Part shown: piece by piece, positions 52,121 through 64,000 of the stretch | Numbering within the stretch: the first letter of the stretch is position 1 | How the letters are laid out: each line of letters opens with the position of its first letter | Assembly (NCBI RefSeq): GCF_902652985.1 | Contig: NC_047022.1 | Coordinates: 38,254,001 to 38,318,000 of the forward strand | Direction of reading: 5' to 3' | Length of the DNA: 64,000 nucleotides | Source of the DNA: Pecten maximus | Lineage: Eukaryota | Notes under the pieces: model-generated | Told to the model about the DNA's origin: nothing | Seen by the model: only the letters and a program-made list of their open reading frames with translations | Database searches by the model: none | Translations under genes and position numbers: made by a program

Positions 52121-53673
52121 AGATAGTGTATCGGTAATACGAGAAATCAGTTACCATATATAATAACGTGAGCTATTGACAGTCACCAGTTTATAAATAC
52201 ATATCAGATAAAGCAGTCGTCACATAAACATGTCAGCATATCATTATAATGTTTATAAATATAGTCATCAGGGTTGACATATCGTAAACACTGGCATCGT
52301 AAATATAGTTATATACATAGTGTGAATGAATATACGCCAACACAGAATTCGGGCAATAGTGAGAAAATGGTTCAACGAACACAAATATTCACACTAAAAT
52401 ATCATGCCGAGAGAAAGAAATGAATAACAGTTTTACTGTACTAGAACTGTAGAAAGATGTTCGTTTCATTTTGATAAATATTCCCACGAGTATGTGAACA
52501 AGTTCCCTGTTGCCATTCTTTGCTGATAAAGTCAGTCGGAGACTGTTCTCTGACGGAAATTTCATGTAGGTCCCCACATGATCAAGGCAAACAATTACGC
52601 GTGAACATGCCGTGGGAATTCACTACCAAATTATAGGATGTCATGGGGGGGATACGTCCCCAGCTTATGTTTACGGCCACAGCATTTAAATAACAATTCA
52701 AACTTGTGTCGCCATGTTCTCTTTGCTTTTATAGCGAAGTCCAGTGAAAATATGACCGCATTCACCTGGAGTCTTGGGACATTGTCTTAGCACTTCTCTT
52801 TGGCCGTTTGTATACATGTAACGGACGGTCATAACGGACGCCATACTTCTTGTCTATAACGCTGCCAGTTCTGTGTAATATATGTTTCATTTCCCCTCTC
52901 GCTTCTTTCACGCCTTTCTATAAGAATATCCCGAGCTAACACTGTTGTGACACACACGACACACGGTCGTACATTATGGCCCAACTGACATCAGTCGGTG
53001 ACGAGTTAAGAAGCGGATTCATCGAGGACAAGCAATCATCTCCCCTCAGATGGCTTCTAATCAAATCATTCAAATGTTGCGGTGTTGCTAACTAGTGTTA
53101 ATTTATCTACGACACCAGGTGGCACTGTGGTCGATTGTTCTGGTTATTGGGTCAATTACAAGCATACCAGCAGGATAAACGTCAGATAAACGGGTTGTAT
53201 ATGTTTGAAGCAAAATATCGTTATTATTCTTATATTCTCCAAAAAAGGCAAATCATCAGTACGAGTGATCTTAACGTCCCCTTCCCGTAATTGCTTTTGC
53301 TTTGGAATTCAAACAACAAAGGTCAGGACGCACGTGCAGTAAGGTCGTCAGGTGCAACCTCAACATGTGACCCAGTGACAAGATAATGTCTAACTAATGA
53401 CCACGATGTCTAATTTAAATGAAAAACAAACAGATCAAGTTGGGAGTACTTGATGAGAATCGGAATCCTGATCGGGGCCTGGTCAAACAAGTACACCCTT
53501 TGTCGTGACTCACGACAGGGATACGTTAATTAAAATCCATTAAAATTCCAATAACTCTCACTGTCTCATCGAATGGCTTCTTCATAACTACCATCACGAC
53601 ACATGGAACGTTTTAATCATACGTTGTATTCGACAGTGACGGTGTATCACAAATAGATATTTGACGAAATCGA

Positions 53674-53792
53674 AGTTTCTTTTTAACTGGAAGTAGAGAA
53701 CTATTGAAATTATGAAATAGAAGCACAATCAGTGTTTCTTTTAAACTGGAAGTAGAGAACTGTTGAAATTATAAAATAGAAGCACAATCAGT
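53674..53792. repeat. ~59-bp tandem duplication
   Basis: GTTTCTTTT.AACTGGAAGTAGAGAACT.TTGAAATTAT.AAATAGAAGCACAATCAGT twice. Confidence 0.85.
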
Positions 53793-56125
53793 ACAGTCTA
53801 TAACGTTATAGTTTGTGAAGGTAATTATTCCTGGTTGCATGATTATTCGATTTATACCCTTTACTTTTTTACGACATGGCTTTAATTATGTGGACGGTAA
53901 CATCTCAAGTTAGAATCCTCCCGCGGACAGGCATACATAATCTAAAAATTGTTGGTGGTAAGTTTCGCCATATTTATAACTGTGATCATTCTTAAGTTAC
54001 TACAGTATATATACCTATAGTAGGTATAGGTGTTACCTATAGGTGTTACTGTATTAATCCAAACCAGTCTAAAATGGAAGAGTTTCTTACAGTTTACAAT
54101 ACTTCATTATTAACAAGGATACATGTAAGTTGATTTGTACTAAAACACTCTAAATCAATATAGATGTTTAAAAACATAACCATGTCATTTTATGTAAAAT
54201 AAAGAATGGTTTATCTTCATCGTTCACTCCATTGTTATGGTATATTATGTTGACCTCTTGTAACACACATACGTGTGGCTAGGATGATTAAATCAATCTT
54301 GAAATCTTGATTCCAAATTACACTGTCAATGAGGTACTTAAACGTAGACAAACAAGATACCATTAGCAGAGTTAATCTTAAATTCGGTGGCCATTGAGCC
54401 ACTTTCATTTTGGATGAAATCAATGCTATAGATTTGGGTTTATTCATAAAGAGAATAATTGCACCATTTTATACAATTTCTGTGAAATATAAAGACTAAC
54501 TTTAATTGAAAGGCCGTGACGTCACACAACTGACAGCAGATGGAACAGCTGCTTCCTCATGTCAAAGGTTAATATGCAAATTAGTTGCTGGGTCTAATGC
54601 ATGCCTTTGTGACGGATACGAGATTCTGAGTCAACATGTCCCTGTGTAACACCAGATATTGGATAGTACCCTCACTTTACACCCTAAATGGTCAGCATTT
54701 CATCTACACAACAATCAGTAAACTTTACATTATGGTAATTGGTTATGATTTTCCCTGTAATTGTCTGATGTAGCTATTCTCTGTTTTCTACATGCTAGTC
54801 AAGCCATGCCGAATACTCAATTCAGTATAGGATCGTCTGGTGTATTTTGACAAAAAAAAATAGAACGCCTATCTTAATCAAACAATAATCATTCAGTATT
54901 CCCCATTGTAAAGATAACAATGTGGTGCTAATATAGACAATATCGACATGTTAAAAGGGAATGACTGAACGATGACTGGGACCAGACACATCAGTACGTG
55001 TTTAATCATGATTAGTTACCAACGGATATCTATCCAATAAACCAATTAATTATATTATTCTACGTTATTCGACAGATAAATGGTCCTAGTTGATAGTCCG
55101 AGGATTAACGTCTTACGATTAAATCTCGTATAACGATTAGGTGGGCCATTAAACTGAGCGGTTCCATTCATCCTGTCTACAATAGACTAGTGACAATTTA
55201 TAGGTATTAAACCTTATAAGGTCACGTGACCTCATAAAAGGGTCAAACGCGGTCATAACTCCGGAAGTTTGGTTAGAAGTTACACAACGTAGCCACGAGT
55301 AGTTGTTGGATACGACATATTTGTGTTTTTGTTTCTTACTTGAGTTCGTTAATTTTCGAAAGTTACAGATTACAGTAAGCTTTGGAGAGTGCCTTTTGCA
55401 ACTTTAAAATAATGAGTCGTCTGACTTATTTCTACAGCAATAATACTGAATCGGAAACGGCGGTATTGCACGACCTGGTTTGAATACAAAAGGAGTAGCG
55501 ATATTCATTGATTAAATGTAAAAAAAAAAATACTTTAGTTATTTATTGAAAACTATGATTTTAATAAATACTCATCTTTTTATTTTATTTAGTTTAGAAC
55601 ATCTTAATAACAAACTCTTGGTAGTTAGACATCTTTCAAGCTTTAATTTCTGCAGTTCTGCTTACAGAAGGTCAACTTGTCTCAATCACTGTCCGAGTTC
55701 AGTCAAGACCCTTGGTCTGTGACGTCACGTAATGTGTCACTGTATTATGACCTTTAAAAAGTAACGTGAATTTCGTGTGTCAGTTATTGTTTCAGTCATC
55801 GACAGTCGTTTACATCTGATGCAACAAAGCCACCGATATAAAATCACTGGAATAATCCTTGTTACACCAGTCGTTATAGTAACGGTGGGTAATGTAACAG
55901 TAATGAATAGTTTCGGTAACGTGACCTGTACAAGACTGTATGACGTCGAAGCGATCCCTGGTGAGGCGAACAAAAGATCACGTGACACAAAGCCGCAAGA
56001 AAAAAGTTCTAGCTAAAGTTTAAATATCTCAACCAATCAAAAGACTCGAACGTCATATACCACCAGTGGTATATCGATATGCTTATCCAGCATTCAGCAT
56101 ATGTATGCTTACAATGGTCCGAGAG

Positions 56126-57222
56126 TATGGGGCGCCGTTTTACTATTTATTCCCATTTGGTGATATCACCTATTCGTTTCATTAAGTGATATCACCAATT
56201 CGAATAGGTGATATCACTCATTCGAATAGGTGATATCATTTATTGAAACGAATAGGTGATATCCCCAATTCGAATAGGTGATATCACTCATTCGAATAGG
56301 TGATATCACTTAATGAAACGAATAGGTGATATCACCAAGTCGAATAGGTGATATCACTTTAGAATCAATACAAAAGACTGCTCCCAAATAAGTATAATGG
56401 TACAGTAGGTGTTGGAATTAGTTATCCCTAATATTCACTGAGACATGTTACACATGATGGAATTGGGGAGCATACAGTTTTCCAAATTTTATAAGTGATA
56501 TCACCTATTCGAATAGGTGATATCACTTAATGAAACGAATGGGTGATATCACTCATTCGAATAGGTGATATCACTTGAGAATTTTATAAGTGATATCACC
56601 TATTCGAATAGGTGATATCACTTAATGAAACGAATAGGTGATATCACTTGAGAATTTTATAAGTGATATCACTTGAGAATTTTATAAGTGCTATCACCCA
56701 TTCGAATACAGTCTACCCTCGTTATATCGCCACATTTCGTCCGTGTCAATTATGGCGGTATAACGTGGGTGGCGTTAGTATCGAATCATGAAAATTACAA
56801 CAGTAAAAGATAATGTTGTACCAACGTTTTAATAAATACACAATGAGTTAACATATAAGACACCATGGTATTGACCGTACATTTCGTAGCTTACAAATAC
56901 ACATTTACATATGTAATTTCTGAAAAAAGTCATTAATTTGCTTTTGTCTCATGCCATCTGTTACAATCTGTCGAATTTTATTGGAAATTACGCGGCACTG
57001 GATCAAGTCCGATTCAGTGGTTTTATCCGATGTTTCGAGAAATCTTACAACGATTTCCACTAAACATTCGAGTGGCGATAGGTCGAGGGTACACTGTAGG
57101 TGATATATATATCACTTATTTGAAAAATGAATTGGTGATATCTACCTATTCGAATAGGTGATATCACTGACTGTATAGGTGATATCACCAAATGGGAATA
57201 AATAGTAAAACGGTGCCCCATA
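56126..57222. mobile_element. Non-autonomous TIR DNA transposon with 6-bp TSD (IS3EU-like termini) and internal subterminal repeats
   Basis: TIR TATGGGGCGCCGTTTTACTATTTATTCCCATTTGGTGATATCACCTAT and its reverse complement at ~57175-57222; TSD CGAGAG at 56120-56125 and 57223-57228; internal (TTCGAATAGGTGATATCAC)n. Confidence 0.85.
56709..57096. mobile_element. pogo/Tigger-like MITE nested in the previous element
   Basis: TIR CAGTCTACCCTCGTTATATCGCCAC / GTGGCGATAGGTCGAGGGTACACTG, TA duplicated on both sides; removing it restores the host unit TTCGAATAGGTGATAT. Confidence 0.85.
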
Positions 57223-57814
57223 CGAGAGCTCGTTGTGGTAGAAACGGCGTCATACCTCCTCGTGCCCACTTGATATGTCTAACACACCTTGAATATCAGT
57301 TAACCTGTCAAATATACCTCTGACTGTGGATACTTCACATAACATCTGGATGCCAAGGGTTAACCGCGACGAAAATTATCAATATCTTTCACAATACCTG
57401 TACGGGTTATCATTAACAGTCATACACAGACTGGACTGGAGTATACGTACTGCTTTTCCAGATCCGGGATTTTCTACAGAAATAATCGTTATGTCTGACA
57501 CTTACATAGTATGTATACACATCACCTGTACACACGATACTAATGAATACGTCAGGCTGTCATTTCCTTTAAAAGTATAAACAAAAACATCCTCAATCCA
57601 TGGGAGCTATCGTCAACGAAATTGACAGAAATGAAACTGACGAAGTCTCAACGGTCATTGTATGAAATAAAACTTTACTTTTATCAAACTTCACTTTCTA
57701 ACAAAATGTACACAATTTAAATCTGTTGATATCGTAGGATGTATTATGGTTGGATATCAGCAAGAGTATCGCAAGGAAGTAAGGAATAAGTTCGGCAAAG
57801 GTCTACGGCGAACA

Positions 57815-58330
57815 CGTGTTACATCGTCAATATCATCAGACCGATGTCAAGTGTTACATCGTCAAAATCATCAGACCGATGTCAAGTGTTACATCGTCAA
57901 TATCATCAGACCGATGTCAAGTGTTACATCGTCAAAATCATCAGACCGATGTCAAGTGTTACATCGTCAATATCATCAGATTGATGTCACGTGTTACATC
58001 GTCAAAATCATCAGACCGATGTCAAGTGTTACATCGTCAATATCATCAGACCGATGTCAAGTGTTACATCGTCAATATCATCAGACCGATGTCAAGTGTT
58101 ACATCGTCAATATCATCAGATTGATGTCACGTGTTACATCGTCAATATCATCAGACCGATGTCAAGTGTTACATCGTCGATATCATCAGACCGATGTCAA
58201 GTGTTACATCGTCAATATCATCAGACCAATGTCACGTGTTACATCGTCAATATCATCAGACCGATGTCAAGTGTTACATCGTCAATATCATCAGACCGAT
58301 GTCAAGTGTTACATCGTCAATATCATCAGA
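57815..58330. repeat. 35-bp minisatellite, ~15 copies
   Basis: GTGTTACATCGTCAATATCATCAGACCGATGTCAA. Confidence 0.95.
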
Positions 58331-59386
58331 CGTTCTCTATATCCGTGTCATGAGACTTTCACTAGAGATGGTTATCTCAGCAGGACTCTCACTAGAGTGA
58401 CGGTGTATCTTCTCGAGTTTTCTGGGAGTGTTTTGCCTTTAATTTGATATTATAAAATACTGGTACTGAGCACAGGGACCATAGAATTGGTTATTCCCCC
58501 AACCCCCACCCCAAACCCCAACCCCTACCCTACCCCCGTCCGAAAAAAAAAATGATAATACGTTATACACACTAGGTGCAGTTACACGAAGACCGTAACA
58601 AATCCCCGGGTCCCTGTGGTACTGAGAGGCTTTACATTACACGACTGATAATGAGTTACGTGTACTGAGGGTCAAAAACGATTTATGACAGATCACATCA
58701 TGAAAAATTATCGATCGTATAGGGGAATTCTGCAATGAATTACTGGTTGAATACACCAAAGCAATATCATGTTGCAAATCACCCCTGCAGACCGGCTATG
58801 GATAAACAGAACATCCTGCAGAAATATTGACTTCACTTTTTAGGATTCGACAAGGGGAGACAAAACCGTCCGATGCAAATTTGCTGTACCTTTCCAACAC
58901 TAAATATCTACCTTCTTATATTTCTTCACGGCAAAATTTATTATAACACAGTCAGTTGAGGCGACTTGGAGATGGGTTGTATAGAAAGGTTGTCGCTATA
59001 CAGAGGTGATATGTCAGTTAAGAGGCCTATGTATAGGGATTAGTAAGTAACCAGGGACCGATATAGAAGACAGAGAGATAGCGTTGTTGACCGGTTACAT
59101 ACCTTCACTGATAAAAACGCCATGTAAACATGAAGTGACGTGGTGCTACAAATATGCAAGTATTTCATCACAATCAACGAAAACACCATTTTAACACACA
59201 TCAATAAAAATGATGAACGTATGGTAACGTTAAGTATCAGCGCTGTGTTACAGGTATATGGTATATGCATGTTTTTGTGTATAAAAATACCCACAGTCTG
59301 TCGTGACGTTATATTATATATCGATGGGTGGGGTGTTGCGGCTGTGTCATCAGAGGGGTAAAGGTCCGGGTTTATACACGTGTAAC

Positions 59387-60022
59387 TGGTATAGGTCTGG
59401 TATAACTATAATGGTATAGGTCTGGTATAACTATAATGGTATAGGTCTGGTATAACTATAATTGTATAGGTCTGGTATAACTATAATATAATGGTATAGG
59501 TCTGGTATAACTATAATGGTGTAGGTCCCTGGTATAACTATAATGGTATAGGTCTGGTATAACTATAATGGTATAGGTCTGGTATAATTATAATGGTATA
59601 GGTCTGGTATAACTATAATGGTATATAGGTCTGGTATAACTATAATGGTGTAGGTCTGGTATAACTATAATGGTATAGGTCTGGTATAACTATAATGGTA
59701 TAGGTCTGGTATAACTATAATGGTATAGGTCTGGTATAACTATAATGGTATAGGTCCCTGGTATAACTATAATGGTATAGGTCTGGTATAACTATAATGG
59801 TATAGGTCTGGTATAACTATAGTGGTATAGGTCTGGTATAACTATAATGGTATAGGTCCCTGGTATAACTATAATGGTATAGGTCTGGTATAACTATAAT
59901 GGTGTAGGTCTGGTATAACTATAATGGTATAGGTCTGGTATAACTATAATGGTATAGGTCCCTGGTATAACTATAATGGTATAGGTCCCTGGTATAACTA
60001 TAATACTATAGATCCCTGGTAT
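59387..60022. repeat. 25-bp minisatellite, ~25 copies
   Basis: TGGTATAGGTCTGGTATAACTATAA. Confidence 0.95.
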
Positions 60023-60200
60023 AGCTGCTGTATAGTTTGGTTATCATGATTTCGCCACATCAGCAACATCATCATACACGCGTGTCAATCATTTTAAGCA
60101 CGTGTCACACACACACACATACACGCATACATAACTACCTATCCTCTAGGGTACATGGACAGAAATATCTACTGCGTGTGTGACTTGTAACCATACATAC

Positions 60201-60617
60201 CTGTATAACGTGCTGGGTACCCCCCGGGGGTAGGGCGTGTGTGACGTCTATGGGCTGTCCCTCCGCCTGGATCTGACGGATGCCCTTCCCCACGTGGGTT
60301 TTACAGTACACTTCCCTGTCGTTCGTGCCATTGGCATCGTTCCTGTAGAAAGTCTGCATGGTCAGGGGAATCCCACACACTCGACATCGGAAACATTGTC
60401 TGTGGAAGAGTACCCCGACATTCACCTGGTCGTGGATAGGGGTGGATTTGTAACACCTGTGACAGGGGTCCACTGCAGCAGGATAGGCTGCTCGGTCAAA
60501 TTTAAACTCATACAATGTCGCTCTTTCATACGTAAAAGCGTATGAATACGTCCCGTCTTCTCTTTTGCCTTCCCGGACATCTATCCGGACAGGAACATCC
60601 GAGTCTTCCCCAGACAT
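60201..60617 (-). CDS. Hil: Hillarin-like gene 1, coding exon 1 (LIM domain)
   Basis: ATG at 60617; LIM pattern CHRC-x16-HRQCFRCRVC-x23-CKTH; donor CAG|GTATGT at 60200; 139 codons, phase 0. Linkage to the downstream exons across a 25-kb intron is inferred from phase and family architecture. Confidence 0.8.
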
Positions 60618-61544
60618 TATATATCCTCAGGTGAAAATTGAACGTATTATCCAATATTACACTAACCACCAGTAAGATCCGTCATGTTTACATGACAATG
60701 CGTGTGTGAGTGTACAGGTAAATCTCTCAGGTAGGTCCACATACGGACGGAGTAGTATATGTGTATGAGATCCGTGTGACCTGATTACGCTAGCATACCT
60801 GGCAGAGTTGGCCCCGCACCTAGCATATTATTGTAACAAACCGTTACAGGTGTAAACAAAGGTCCACCGAAGGTACAATTCGTCACCAAGACTCGCTTGT
60901 TCTAATTACATGTAAATTGTATGGTATTGTACATCACATCTAAAGTCATGTGTCAACGGTGAAGAAGTATCATTAGCACGGTAGAGTAATGTTTATGGCA
61001 AACACAAGTTATACCAATAAAACATTAAATATGTTTGTACAGAGTGCAGTAACTGTATGCTGCAATTTATGCAAATCTTAATAAGGCACAACATGTATGC
61101 CACAACAAGTGTGTTAATTATGTACGTCTTCATAAGGTATGTACAGTACATGTATATCATACAAGTGTTACAAAGGGACAAAGACTCATTCAAACACTAT
61201 CATATTGCAATTACATTGACATACGTCTATGCACAGTTGTGTGCATTAGACCAAGTTTAATTCAATAAAATTATGACAAAGTGATATAAAGAAAAGAAAA
61301 CAATATAGCTAAAAAATGAAATAAAAATTTAAAAAAGAGCAAAGAACAAAACACAGACACACACGCGCGCGCACACACACAATATTAACTTACAAGAAAG
61401 AAGCTCAAATCCTCGCAGAATATTAAAATATTACGGACCATCGAGGACATGTTTTATAACGACCAGGTCTGTTAGTGCGTCTATCGATGTACGTACAATA
61501 TTGATACAGATATTTTAACGTGAGGTTCGATTCCGTATGAAATA

Positions 61545-62710
61545 AAGATTCAAGATTAATTTATTTCTCATCCAACTCAATGGTACAGAGATAATGCATT
61601 AACATATATGATATACATATATTGGTGTGTTCAGAACAGCATATATTGTAGTTTTGGATTTACACAGGAGAACAGACTTTGTCATTAATACATTTGATAA
61701 ACTTACATAAACTTCTGAGCTTTCTTATACTTGAACAGTTCATAACAGAAGAATATTTCAAAATATAAACTCTTTCATAGGGGTATTTACCAAGTATTTC
61801 TTCTTTATATATTAAATTCTGGACATTCTAAAATGTAATGAAATTCATCACCAGTTTTATTACTTATACGTCATTTACATATCCTTTCAGCTCTATCTAT
61901 ATTTTTCAATTGGTAATTTATGATTATATATTCTAAATTTACACAACATTTTGGAATTTTTCTCAACTAAAAAATCAACATCAAGGTACACAGTTATTCT
62001 ATTTAAAAAATCGGTAACATGTAGCTTTTGAAGAATTTTTATTCTCAGATTTGCATTGTTGTATAAACTGGTCTTTCACATTTTTTTTTACATAATTACA
62101 TACCCATACAGGATCAATATTATTTTGCTGTAAGCAGGTATTACCAACTCCACAATCTTCTAATATGCGTTTTACATTTTAACCATGGACAAATCATATT
62201 TCCATTAATGAATTTAAAATACAATTCACTATACATCCATGTAGAAAAAATTTCAGCTTTAATTTCCAAACAAATGTCTTGTCCAATAACTGACCATTCT
62301 GTTAGTAGTGGACAATGAATAAGCTCCAAGTTCTTCATACACGATGAATTAATTACTATTCCTAACTCCAAGTAAATACTTTAATTTTAAGTGACTCTCT
62401 CAACTACGTCACTTTTGATGAAACCCCACATTTCACATCCAGACTAGGTTGCACTAACTTGTTTTGGAAATAGGTCATACTGACAGCTGATAGATAGAAT
62501 TGTCTCCCTTCCTTTAGGATATCCAACATTGCAAGAAGACAATTCCTAAATAGAATGGCCAACGGTATAAATTTGTTTATTCGGGTTGTTGAAAAAAACA
62601 TTGCTTTTGTTTTATCAACATTAACTTTGAGCCTCCATCTTTCACAATGGTCATAAAAGCTATCTAGTTGTATTTGTAAGTCTTCAACACTCTCCGACAA
62701 TAAGTCATCT
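61545..62710 (-). mobile_element. Old degenerate LINE remnant
   Basis: LLSESVEDLQIQLDSFYDHCERWRLKVNVDKTKAMFF (post-YADD RT region) at ~62590-62705; LCKFRIYNHKLPIE and GDEFHYILEC at ~61820-61950; AATAAA plus (AATCTTG) tail at ~61545-61566. Confidence 0.75.
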
Positions 62711-63100
62711 TTAATTGGTTCTCTTTTTATTTGCCACTGTGACGTCATTGATACACATGCGAACGTGTAACATTATCTATTTTCAATATTTCCATTTGCC
62801 CTGCATTGTCACTATATAACCTTACCAAACAAAATAACTGTAGAAAGTTATCATAATTATCCTATAATTCCTATTGGTTTAGTGATATGAAAAACAATGT
62901 TCGTGCCGTCATCACTAACATTTGCTCCGCATTTCCCCATTGACACAATGCTAAGAGGCAGTTGCCACCATACGCCTATAACACCCAGTGCCTCAGGCTA
63001 TAACACCCAGTGGGTCATGTGACATTAAAAAAGGGCGGGTTTTTCTTTTTTTTTGTTGGTTCAGTTTTTTTCAGTTGAGGGAAATGGTAAGACAATGTAA

Positions 63101-63278
63101 ATATAAGTATTGAACAGTGGTTTTAATGTTGTTATAGTCGATATGGCAGCAAGTTGTATGGTGGGCAAATGTAGCATGGGAACCCTAACCCTAACGGGTT
63201 CCCATGCCATTTGCCCACCATACATCTTGCTGCCATATCGACAATAACAACATTAAAACCACTGTTCATTGCTTAAAT
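63101..63278. repeat. Long near-perfect palindrome (MITE-like foldback), ~80-bp arms
   Basis: 63104-63185 pairs with 63196-63275; 10-nt loop TAACCCTAAC. Confidence 0.85.
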
Positions 63279-64000
63279 GAAAACAGGTTTTAAGGTATAA
63301 TCAAACATGTGCATACTAGTATTAATAGAAGGTATGTGTTAATTGTAGAGAAGAAATTGGTATTTCATAAACTTTCCACTCTTTTTTTGCTTTTATACCT
63401 ACACACCATTCAGAACAATCTTTTCCACACGGTTTATTGATGACGACAACACAGCACAGCGCACAGCAGACTATACATTTTTCGTCTCTCTGAACAGTAT
63501 TGGTCAACAACCAAATTTGTCTGCCTTTTTACCAGACATTATTTCCAAACCACGTGTTGTCACGCTGTGAGAGGGGTGAATTTGGGCCTATGGGGGGAAA
63601 ACATAAGGCCAGCTTCAATGTACGTGTCGACCATGTTTATTTTCTTCCTCTCTATTCTCTAAACAACAAAACATAGGCCGGACGGACTAATTCCGGAATC
63701 AAGTACAAACTAATAAAATAATAATGAAATGGAACTAAAATATCCGGAAAAAGAGTTATCTACCCTTTGACCGTACATGAAATAGATAGAGATCTCACCG
63801 ACCAGTATTAGCATAAACATAACATGCCCCCCCCTTTAAAAAATTGAACCCAGTGAAATTTAAACTGGTCGTGAGAAATCTAACCATTACATGTCATCAA
63901 TCATAACTGTAGACTATAAAGAAGACAATGTTCATACAATGACAAATCAAAATTTAGAACCTGGAAATGTTCTGATAAATGTACATGATAACTATAAATT

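Larger units (their letters stand above)
27834..60617 (-). other. Hil: Hillarin-like gene locus (LIM + coiled-coil + transglutaminase-like/KY domain), 8 coding exons, ~927 aa predicted
   Basis: Exons 60201-60617, 34913-35194, 34300-34494, 32344-32517, 31910-32041, 31472-31554, 29385-29528, 27834-29190 all have GT-AG boundaries with matching phases (0,0,0,0,0,2,2) and join into one 2784-nt ORF. The domain order matches the hillarin family. Confidence 0.85.

Noticed and set aside
57746-58447. 233-aa ORF and overlapping frames
   Set aside because: Translations of the 35-bp minisatellite.

Overview
Eukaryotic, AT-rich, repeat-dense invertebrate genomic DNA. The SINE, LINE and minisatellite content suggests a mollusc, probably a bivalve (inference). 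The window holds one apparently complete minus-strand hillarin-like gene (N-terminal LIM domain, coiled-coil region, catalytically degenerate transglutaminase-like/KY domain). I could reconstruct 8 coding exons from 60617 to 27834 with consistent GT-AG phases, giving about 927 aa, with a ~25-kb first intron. The LIM-encoding first exon of a probable second tandem paralog lies at 23203-22877; its remaining exons were not found and probably lie beyond the left edge. Roughly a quarter of the window is unrelated minisatellite arrays, which account for nearly all the long six-frame ORFs. Mobile elements include four 5'-truncated LINE remnants with 3' stem-loops, tRNA-derived V-domain SINEs, a truncated Tc1/mariner, a Helentron-like non-autonomous element, and a TIR element with a 6-bp TSD carrying a nested pogo-like MITE. 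The most notable small structures are a 372-bp miniature LTR retrotransposon with tRNA-like LTRs (39123-39494) and a Penelope-type minimal hammerhead ribozyme motif inside an inverted repeat (13541-13696). No CRISPR array, rRNA or bona fide tRNA gene is supported.
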